From the NCBI GenBank assembly GCA_000002435.2, contig CM018793.1: a stretch of 64,000 nucleotides of DNA, one strand, 5' to 3'. Of the stretch, positions 30,697-39,974 are shown in pieces; position 1 is the first letter of the stretch; every line of letters begins with the position of its first letter. This DNA comes from Giardia intestinalis (taxonomy: Eukaryota). The position numbers and the translations under genes are program-made. A model generated the notes under the pieces. That model was not told the origin of the DNA. It worked only from the letters and a program-made list of their open reading frames with translations, and ran no database searches.

Positions 30697-32034
30697 CTAT
30701 GTGCTCTTGTCTGTCTGCAGTGACTCTAGTGAGTTTGCAATATCTAAGGATACAGCAGCTAGCTGGTCAGAGTGGGTCGAATCGTAGTCAGCTGTGATGA
30801 AGAACGGGATATTACCCTTTCTATCTGGCTTGAAAAGATATCCTTTTTTCAGGACATACGCACTTCCAGAGCTCTTAGAAAGAGTTAGCGGTCTGGACTC
30901 CTTGGTGTATACGTCGATGTTCAAAGAATGAGCAATCCCCATAAATGCGCAGATGTCCCATGGCTTCAGAAATCCATCTATATAAATGACACCAAAGCAT
31001 CCCCCAAGACCGAGGAGGAACTCCCTAAACTTACACAATGCACCATAGAAGGTTTGAAGACCATCCTTGGATCTAATCTTGATATGTGTCTCATCAGTTT
31101 GTTTGTCAATCCACTCCAGCAGCGGGTTGAGTCGGTCAGGTGACATATTCTGTATTTGAAAATAGTGCTCGGAGAAGGGCTTAGACTCAGAGAGCTGGCT
31201 CAGCCTGCTGGTCCAGAGAGTCTGTCGGTACTCAGTCAAGTTGCAATTGCAGTAATCACCATACTGGGCCCCGAAGAAAAGGTCTATCGGGACGTGTTGT
31301 TTCTTAAGTTCGGTAATCTGTGCGTGGAAAGGATGAAGCAATGCCCCATTGTCCATGTATATGTGTAAATCCTTCGGAAAGTTGTACTTGTGAAGGAGCT
31401 TCTTAGAGAAAAACGGATAAAACATAACTCCGGCTATTGCCTGGCCTTTATAAGTTAGCCCAATGCTCACTCCAACGCCAAATAAGCAGCCATGAACAAA
31501 GTTGAATGTGCCATCAAGAGGATCGACAAAGACAATACAATCTTCTACCGGTAGGTCAATAGAGCAGGGGACATGAGGAACCTTGTGGCAAGACATAGTT
31601 TGCTCTACAGGGCTGTCTTCATCATACCCCTGTAGGGCTTCTCTGGCTAAACACATAGACTTGCTGCACAGACTCCTTGGACTATGCTTTAATTTTGTAT
31701 GAGGGAGGCCGCAATCACTGGCCAGCGTGCTTATAGAAGAGATTCTTTCCTCTATGTTTGAGCTGCAGAGAACAGAAGATGATTCTGGAGAGCAGCCCTC
31801 ACAATTAACCTCTTCACCGACTATCTTCAACTGAGGAAACTGCCCTGTAAGCACTGAAAAAATCACGCGTTGCGCAGAACGATCAGCAATAGTCACAAAA
31901 TCCCCGTCATTAGATTTAGTCTTAATATCTTTCTCAATGCTGGAGGAATCGGCCCCCACCTTCACTATCACATCTCCTGCGCTGAATGCAGCTTCTACAG
32001 CTGTCTCTAGCCACTCTTGCAAATTCACTGTCAT
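30697..32034 (-). CDS. Inositol monophosphatase-family phosphatase (IMPase / bisphosphate nucleotidase / INPP1-type) with insertions.
   Basis: The IVGEEV metal site, the VDPLDGTFNFVHG (DPxDGT) signature and a C-terminal WDICAFMGIA (WDxAAG-like). 445 aa. Confidence 0.65.
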   Translation of the reverse strand: MTVNLQEWLETAVEAAFSAGDVIVKVGADSSSIEKDIKTKSNDGDFVTIADRSAQRVIFSVLTGQFPQLKIVGEEVNCEGCSPESSSVLCSSNIEERISSISTLASDCGLPHTKLKHSPRSLCSKSMCLAREALQGYDEDSPVEQTMSCHKVPHVPCSIDLPVEDCIVFVDPLDGTFNFVHGCLFGVGVSIGLTYKGQAIAGVMFYPFFSKKLLHKYNFPKDLHIYMDNGALLHPFHAQITELKKQHVPIDLFFGAQYGDYCNCNLTEYRQTLWTSRLSQLSESKPFSEHYFQIQNMSPDRLNPLLEWIDKQTDETHIKIRSKDGLQTFYGALCKFREFLLGLGGCFGVIYIDGFLKPWDICAFMGIAHSLNIDVYTKESRPLTLSKSSGSAYVLKKGYLFKPDRKGNIPFFITADYDSTHSDQLAAVSLDIANSLESLQTDKST

Positions 32035-32066
32035 TTTTTAAAGGGAAAATCTCACCATCTTTGATG

Positions 32067-35000
32067 ACAAGTTTTATAACGCAATCACCCGGTATACATA
32101 AAGCATCCAAGGTGCTTTTTCTATTGGAGCGCATTCTCGGCCCGCAGGATGACGAGGAGCTGTACTTAGCCATCACTGATGTTTTGGCTGCACTTAATAA
32201 GGAGAGCAAAGACATCGGGGTGTCCTATTTGGTCAACGTATTTGGTGATGTTGATCCAGATGCCGCTGCTCTTATTGGTGACCTTTTAGATGCAGCTTTT
32301 GAATGCCAGATTGAGCTTGCTGAATTACTGGATCAAGGTATGATAAATCGTGAAAAAAACCAGAAGAAACAGTGCCCTCCGGATGCTCATCTGTCCAGCA
32401 TCCTATGCAATGAGGTTCGTCAGTATTTTTCTGATTTTCTAACCTCAGACACGCTTCCTCATGGACAACTCTCCTTACCGGGGCCAATTTCTAATAAGCT
32501 TACTGGGAGTGATGAGTGTGCGCTAGTAGCGCTACCACCACCTGAGCCGACTGTCACGGCGTATGGGAATCGCACTGAGTACTCCCTGCTTTGGGAGACT
32601 AAGCATGCAAATGAGACTGTTTCTATTACTTCTGTGCTTGTTCGTTTACAGATGGATCTAGCATTTGGACGTGTCTATGGCTCTATTACCACCTTCAACA
32701 GCGTCCAGATGCGAGTAGTCGATCCCATTTTCAACGGGGGCAACACCCTCGTGGCAGCACCTACCGGAGCCGGAAAGACAAACATTGCCCTTTGGGCTAT
32801 GATATGTTTGCTCCATACTTCTCGTTACAAGTGCCGGCCGGCCCAATTGGTTGTTTACGTGGCCCCTCTCAAGGCGCTTGTGCATGAGATTCTCTCACAA
32901 TTGGAATCATCCTTCCAGCGACTTCCTAAGGAATACACTGCTACAATTTGTGAGTATACTGGAGAAGAGTCCATTTCTCTGAATACTATATCTTCTTTGC
33001 TTCATTGCCCACAGACAACCACAGCATTGGTAATTCTAGTTGCCACTCCAGAGAAGTTGGATGTGTTTACTTCCAAACTAACTGGAGAGGATTTCCAGCT
33101 GATTCGGAATCGCCTGGCTCTTATTGTTTTTGATGAATTGCATCTAATAGGTGATCACACCCGTGGGAGTGTGATTGAGGAATTGGTGCTTCGCTTTCAT
33201 AGACATTACCAGGAGGCTATGCTGCTAGCTCTGTCAGCAACGATTCCAAATGTCCAACAGATAGCAGATTTTCTTCGATGCGCATCAAGTAACACTCTTG
33301 CATTTGACTCGTCGTACAGAGCTGTTTCTCTGCAAGTAACAGTTTGTGAGTTGCATTATAAGCATTCTGAAGAGTCGTATTTACGTACAACGAGAGAGGG
33401 ATTTTTGCATAGCATCATTCCAAAGCAGCTATCCAAGGGAAGCATACTTTTATTTACACATACAAGACGTGATGCGGAACGATTAGCAATACAGCTACAG
33501 GCTAAGTTAGACACTACCAATTACTCTAACGCCTACGCGGAAAAATCTAGAAACAAGAGGCTCTATAGTCTTTTATCAACAAACTCGGCAGTATTGTTTC
33601 ACCACGCCGGGCTTACTCGCACAGATAGGTACCTAGTTGAGGAGCTCTTCGCTGAGAAAAAGATCTCTATCCTGGTGTCAACTGCGACTCTTGCCTGGGG
33701 GGTCAATATGCCAGCTCACACGGTTATTATTCTTGGTACAAAGGTATATGCTGACTCTTGCTGGGAAGACCTCTCTTTTGCAGATATTTTGCAAATGGCT
33801 GGAAGAGCTGGACGACCCTCCTTCGACACCAATGGTGAGTGCTTCATTATCCCATCAGCAAATGATGCCTATCGCTGTCTGACTATCTTTAGTAATAGAT
33901 TTAATATAGAATCATCTTTTTTAACGTCTCATACAGCACTTGAGAAGCTCTCAAAGCTAATTATAACAGAAGCATTTCTTTCTGCTCATGTGTTTGTAGA
34001 TGAACTAGTTCAGATTGTTCAGTCTTCACTGTTTGCAGTGCAACTGTTTGAAAGGCTTCCTAATTCACTGAATGGATCACAAATCATTACTGATATTGTG
34101 AGTACACTACTAGATTGCTGTTGCGATGTAAGTTTGTTAGAAAAAAAGCTTGACGACTCATGTCCTCATCTACTTCAATATCATCCTACACCCTTGGCAC
34201 AGCTGTGCGTCAAATATTATGTTTCGCCCTTTACTATCGTTCGATCCAATGCTGTTTTATCGCAGTCCCCAATCGACTCTATACAGCAGGCTTTATTGTT
34301 GATCGCAATGTCTCACGAATATGCTTCTATATTCGTAAGAGCAGATGAGGGATTTGAACTGACATCGTTAGAAGAGTATACTCCTATTAGATATCCGCCC
34401 TTTGTCACAAACCAGGGGCTCGGTAAGATCTGTCTTCTTTTGCAAGTCTACATTTCTACTGGGCCTTGTTATGGCACAACATCAGTTGCATTTAGTAGTC
34501 TTTCACTTATGTCCGACTATGCTAGCATTATCGCGTCTGCCCCAAGAATCACAGGATGCCTTAGAGAACTTGCGTGCCTTCTCATCCAAAGCAAATCTCA
34601 CCAGGCTCTAACCAGGCTGTATTGTATGCTTCAGTCTCGATGCTGGCCTGCGTTTCTATTTGTGCGAGAAGTTCTGAGCAATCCTTTATTCAAATTCGAT
34701 TTTCTCTCACCAGAGTACATACTGTGGATAGAACAATTAGAGTTAAAACAATTCAGTCCAAATGTTCTTCGCAGATTGACAGTAGACCAGCTTTCTCAGA
34801 TAATTGTTTCTCCAGATGATAGAACCCCACTCGATAAACGGCAGCTATCTCATCTACGCACAGCTATTGTAGGATACCCGATCCTCAGAGGTAAGATTGT
34901 AACCCTATGTCAGTTAGACCCTAAGCACTACGAGGTCCGGTTTCACTGTTGTCTTATCGGAAGCCAGACTATTCTTCGTTGCTCAGAGCAAACGTTTTCG

Positions 35001-36770
35001 TTACATTGTGCAATAGAGGCCGAAGAGAAGACGCTCAAGGCAATCTCTCTATCCATACAGCTCAATGAGGAACTAGATGTAACATTACGCTTCAGCGCTA
35101 CTGCCGAACTATGGGTGTGCAATATGCACCTTTATCTTGAAGAGCTTTTATTTGCCACGTCCTCTATACGTATTGATTTGGTAAGCGCAGACCCTAATAA
35201 GAGTTTAGTAGCAGGTGTGTCCATTAAGGAATGCAGTGGTAATGAGATATCAGCTATAACTGCTCATGTTGAGACCACAATTGCAAACCTGGGACGCGCT
35301 TCAGGCCTGAGCTCAGGATCCGATTCTGTTTTCATTGCAGGGAACTGTCTCTATCTACAGCAGGCGGAGATGCTCAGCAGCATTCTGTCTTTCATACGGG
35401 ACGTCTCAGCAAGTTATAAAGTAGATGCTTTAATTGTAGGCAGTGTCGGTGGGATCAGCGGACAACTTGCAAGGGAAAATAATATACCGTATATGAATAC
35501 GTGTACAGTTTACAAAGAAATTGACAAACTGTTTACAAGGCCTACAGCAATCATAATTCCGTCCATCGCAGAGCTAGCAGAGCCTATAGGCTATGTATTG
35601 GAGCTGCTTCTGATGAAGCTTATAAGAAAGGATACCAATCTACCTATCTTAGTCATTTCCTTTTCCATCGCTCTGGCTGATCATTCAATCGTCGCTTTGT
35701 CTCTCTTTCTTAATTCTAAGTCGTTTGTTATCAACGGGCCAGATAATTTGTTCACACAAACCGTTCCGTCACATGCTTACACTGTTTCGCCTAGCACTCT
35801 GTGCGATGATCCTAGCAGCGTACACAATGTATACGAAGCACTGCACATAGTCGATGATGATCCCGAAGTAAGCATGTTGACGCCCTTCTTTTTGTGCCAG
35901 TTTCTGATGATGTGCGCCACAACAGGAACAATATACATAACCAGGAACGAATGTATCACATCTGCCACCAAAGGAACCAACATTCAATATCTGAAATCCC
36001 AGTTACACACGGCTGATGGCCTCTTCATGCTGATTTCTGAACACTCTCAGGACTTCTATGACAAAGGATTTGATTACATAGCCGAAAGTATCATAACGAC
36101 CGACATTTCGCAGTCGTATCTTTACTTTTCCTTTTCAATTCTTCCTGGACAATATCTCAATTACAAAACTATGGTGAACTATCATCCTAAACCAGAAAAA
36201 GAAGATCTTCTTCGCGAGGAAGACGCCATGCTGGACAGGCTTTCCGATTGGATAAGTGAAGAGCTTATTGCACTAGAAAAGAATGCTACTGCCCTGTTTC
36301 GTGCCTGGAAAGATGATAGTCATGGTATGGATTGTAGCTTCAATACCCTCAACAGCTTCAGCTGTCTATCTATGGTAACAACCCGGCTTTGCATTGTGCT
36401 TGACGCAGATAGAGAGCAACTAGCTAAATCATCGTGGTTTTTGGCACTCTCGCAATCTATCCACAACTTAAGTTTGCTGTTGCTGTGTGCCTCAGGGGTC
36501 TACGGTAATGAATTGACTAATTATATTCAATATGAAAAGGCACTATCCTCACAAAAAGATCTCGACATTGAAAAAGCTATTCTAAAGATTTTAGCAAGCA
36601 TGGTGGATGCTTGTGCAGAGTCGAGGGTATATGCCCTACTAGTTGCGCTTACTTCGCTCGCCCTTCGGGTTCATAAAAGCGGAGATCAAGCGGTCCTCGA
36701 GGACACCATTCTATCAGGACAGTTGGAGAGGCTTCTTCGCAACACACTGCTTATAGATCTACATACGTGA
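32067..36770 (+). CDS. Ski2-like Sec63-type RNA helicase of the Brr2/ASCC3/HFM1 family, closest to a Brr2 N-terminal cassette.
   Basis: [13 protein letters not shown] (motif I), [21 protein letters not shown] (motif II), LSATIPN, and [46 protein letters not shown], which matches Brr2 [55 protein letters not shown] is also present. An ATG at 31986 would overlap the IMPase 5' end, so I prefer the ATG at 32067. The start is uncertain. Confidence 0.75.
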   Translation, partial: [1567 protein letters not shown]

Positions 36771-36795
36771 ATAAAATACGACATGCAAATATTAA

Positions 36796-39093
36796 ATGAG
36801 ATTTCAAAAGATTAACTCTGCATTCTTTGAACTAAAAAAGGCCCCCTTTGAAATGGACCGTGTACAGATAGCAGACGGATGCGCTTTTATTCATCCGTCG
36901 CCTCTAGATACTATTAGTCATGTAGCTCTCGACGAGGAGAGGGAACTGAATCCATCCATCCCGGTCTTGAAGTTGGTCCGGAAAGCTTTCAAAAGGTTTT
37001 CTGATAAACCTTACCTCGGGTATCGTGCTGGCCTGGCCACGTGCGTTAAGGAGGTAACCGACAAGTATACCTACATGACCTATGGCGAGGCAGACTCCTA
37101 CGTGACCGAGCTCGCCAAGGTCCTGGCAAAGCTTGGTATTGGGAAAGGCGACCGCGTTGGCATCTTTGCACGCAACTCCCCCCTCTGGCTGCTTTTCGAC
37201 TTCGCGTGCACGGCCGTGGGCGCAGTGGTCGTCCCTATCTACGACACCCTTGGGGCCGCCAAGACATCGTACTGCATCAACCACGCAGAGGTTCGCCTTC
37301 TGGTCACTCAGACAGAGCTACTCCCACTGGTTCTCGGAATATGGCCATCGTGCCCGGAGCTGCAGCGCGTCCTAATTATCGATACAAGCATATCAGAACT
37401 AGATGACCAAACTATGAACAATTGCTTGCATAAGGCTGTGCCCTCATATATAGAGGCACAGCAGTCTGACGGGGCTTCCCTCGGAATTGACCTATCCAAG
37501 CTTTACGTGGCTGGGAAAGCAGATGACTCTGTTTACAAATTCAATGTGCTCTCTACTGTTACGTCCCAGCTGGGAGCCTTATCTGATGCCACTGATGTTC
37601 GTATGGCTAATGCGAACATCAATGACTCAAATACTCACATAGCCGAGGTAATTAACGAAATCTTGGAAAAAACACAGATTAAGGAATCGCCAGGCAAAAT
37701 ATCTTTTTTGAAGAACATGCTGGATGAAGTGAAGGGCCTTGACTACAAAGGGGACTATGAGGCAAGCGTGGATGAGGTGCACACTATCCTATATACCTCT
37801 GGATCGTCTGGAAACCCTAAGGGAGTGACACACACCCACAGTACAATACAAGGGTCTTACACCATGGTATATGGATTTCTTCCATATGTATCTAGGGACG
37901 GTGGTCAAATGGTAACTATGTCCTATCTTCCTCTCGGCCATATATACGAATCTGCTGGAGAGATACTTTTTACCGTCCGGGGGTACAAGATAGCATACTA
38001 TAGTGGTAACACAAAGAACCTAACCACGGACATCAAGCTGGCCAAGCCGACGATTCTACTGGCCGTTCCGCGGGTGCTCCAGAAGATCTACAACGCCGTG
38101 ATGGCGAAGGTTGAGGCGTCGCTTGTCAAGAAGGCTGTCTTCTGTCTAGCATGCAAGGTGAAGGAGTACACGGAGGGGTCCTGGATTAAGACGGGAACAC
38201 TCCCCTGGCTCGACAACGTCGTCTTCAAGGACATTAAAGCCGCCCTCGGGGGCCACCTCGAGCTCATCGTCAGCGGATCCTCTGCTCTCCCCCAGGAGGT
38301 GTGGCGATTCATGCGTCTCTGCACCGGTGCTCGGATCACATGTGGATATGGCTTGACAGAGACGTGTGCTTCTGGTCTTTGTCAACTTCCTCACATGCCT
38401 TATGTGGGATCGCCGACAGGAAGCCTTGTGCCATTCATGCAAGCTAAGCTCATTGACAAGAGCGACACCTGCGAGCTCTCGCTGAAGACTCACCGTGTTG
38501 GGGAGCTTCTCCTGAAAGGTCCCGGCATTGCGAAGGAGTACTACAAGATGCCGGAGAGCCCTCTACGGGACGCGGACGGCTACTTCCACACGGGAGATCT
38601 GATGAGGCTCAACGATGACGGTTCCCTCACATTTGTCCGCCGCATAAACATGGTTGTGAAGTCTCTCATGGGCGAATTCATTGACATATGCGCAGTTGAG
38701 GACGCCATGGAGAAGAGCCCACTCTTTGCAAGCGTCTTCGTGCATGCTCAGAGTGACAAGTCGTTCCCGATTTGCGTTGCTGTCTTGGACAAGACTGCGC
38801 TTGCTCACCGTCTGAAGTGTAGCACTGATGATGTGGAGAAGGCCGAGTACGCAGCTGCAACCAAGAAGATTCTTGAGGCCGAGGCAGCATCCTTTGTCAA
38901 GCGCGTTGGGCTAAAAGGATATTGTGTCCCCAAGTGTTTCAGGTGGCTCTTTGATATCGATTGGAGCACGGACCAAGATCTCATGACTCCGTCCCTGAAG
39001 AAGCAGCATCGCTTCTTTGCGAAGCGCTACGCTGCGGAGATTGCAAGCATGTGGGAGGAGCTAGAAGGCTCTGAGCGTGCTCTGGCAAAGTAG
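36796..39093 (+). CDS. Long-chain acyl-CoA synthetase (AMP-binding enzyme).
   Basis: The AMP-binding signature YTSGSSGNPKGV, then GYGLTET and the conserved TGD in FHTGDLMRLNDDG. 765 aa. Confidence 0.85.
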   Translation: MRFQKINSAFFELKKAPFEMDRVQIADGCAFIHPSPLDTISHVALDEERELNPSIPVLKLVRKAFKRFSDKPYLGYRAGLATCVKEVTDKYTYMTYGEADSYVTELAKVLAKLGIGKGDRVGIFARNSPLWLLFDFACTAVGAVVVPIYDTLGAAKTSYCINHAEVRLLVTQTELLPLVLGIWPSCPELQRVLIIDTSISELDDQTMNNCLHKAVPSYIEAQQSDGASLGIDLSKLYVAGKADDSVYKFNVLSTVTSQLGALSDATDVRMANANINDSNTHIAEVINEILEKTQIKESPGKISFLKNMLDEVKGLDYKGDYEASVDEVHTILYTSGSSGNPKGVTHTHSTIQGSYTMVYGFLPYVSRDGGQMVTMSYLPLGHIYESAGEILFTVRGYKIAYYSGNTKNLTTDIKLAKPTILLAVPRVLQKIYNAVMAKVEASLVKKAVFCLACKVKEYTEGSWIKTGTLPWLDNVVFKDIKAALGGHLELIVSGSSALPQEVWRFMRLCTGARITCGYGLTETCASGLCQLPHMPYVGSPTGSLVPFMQAKLIDKSDTCELSLKTHRVGELLLKGPGIAKEYYKMPESPLRDADGYFHTGDLMRLNDDGSLTFVRRINMVVKSLMGEFIDICAVEDAMEKSPLFASVFVHAQSDKSFPICVAVLDKTALAHRLKCSTDDVEKAEYAAATKKILEAEAASFVKRVGLKGYCVPKCFRWLFDIDWSTDQDLMTPSLKKQHRFFAKRYAAEIASMWEELEGSERALAK

Positions 39094-39363
39094 CGTTGGA
39101 AACTGATATGATTTCTTGTTGTGAATTGGATTTGTCGATAGGCACAACCATAACTCCATGCTTATCATACTCTATTAGATCGACAAGCGTTGACAGTGCG
39201 TCTTCAAAGTACTGAAGTGTAAGATCCCTGTAGCCGTGAGACGAAGCTTCACAGATTGTTTGAATTCTTGCTGCATTGAGAGAAAGTAATGTGTTGCGCC
39301 GGACCACGTTCATTATGTTTTTATGACATACTGAAAACTACCATTCACTGGTTTAAAGGAAAG

Positions 39364-39957
39364 CTATGCTTGGGAAGATAGTCTTTGTTTATACTCAGTA
39401 AAGGTCATATGCTCAACGCTGGATTCGAAGCGCGTGCATGTTATCCTCTTTAGTACATCAGCCGTTACGTCTCTGACATAAGACCCTCCCTTATGGAGAA
39501 GATGCAGCAAGGTTGTAGACTGATCCCATCCTTGCTCCTCAGCAACGCACGGAAGGAAGACAGAGGAGCGTCCCTCGTAGATAATTGTTATCCCGTGCTT
39601 CCCCACCACCCAATCCAGAGGGTCGCAAGGGGTAAAGCGGACTAAAAGGGAGACATCCACAAGTAGATCACCTTTGTCAAATTCCCCTGCTGTCACAGGA
39701 GAAAATCGTGTATCCTCCAAAGCAGCCACGCATGCATACTTAGGAATTCCTTGCTGAATCTTCAACGGGGTAAGACAGCCGATGCACCCCCTGAGATCTG
39801 GGTCTCCTGTGCGCAAAGCCGTGTGCCATGTTACAAAGAGCGGACACTCAACGTCCGGTATCAGATGATTCACAGCTCTGGGGGCGCGGCCATGGACCTT
39901 GTCATCAAGGCTTTGGAAGGCTGCAAAACACATGTCCTTGGTCGCTGCTAGAGACAT
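39364..39957 (-). CDS. AMMECR1-domain protein.
   Basis: PLFVTWHTALRTGDPDLRGCIGCLTP matches the LFVTW...LRGCIG core of the AMMECR1 family. 197 aa. Confidence 0.8.
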   Translation of the reverse strand: MSLAATKDMCFAAFQSLDDKVHGRAPRAVNHLIPDVECPLFVTWHTALRTGDPDLRGCIGCLTPLKIQQGIPKYACVAALEDTRFSPVTAGEFDKGDLLVDVSLLVRFTPCDPLDWVVGKHGITIIYEGRSSVFLPCVAEEQGWDQSTTLLHLLHKGGSYVRDVTADVLKRITCTRFESSVEHMTFTEYKQRLSSQA

Positions 39958-39974
39958 ATTTACTAGTTTTTACC

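Noticed and set aside
34225-34245. A tRNA T-loop-like motif (cgttcgatcc).
   Set aside because: The flanking bases do not form a T-stem, and the site lies inside the helicase coding sequence. No tRNA can be supported by eye. A proper tRNAscan is needed for the whole window.
39093-39364. A 270-bp convergent gap between the acyl-CoA synthetase and AMMECR1 genes, considered as a possible small gene or ncRNA.
   Set aside because: Its length and composition are ordinary for paired 3' UTRs, and it has no conserved structure or ORF.
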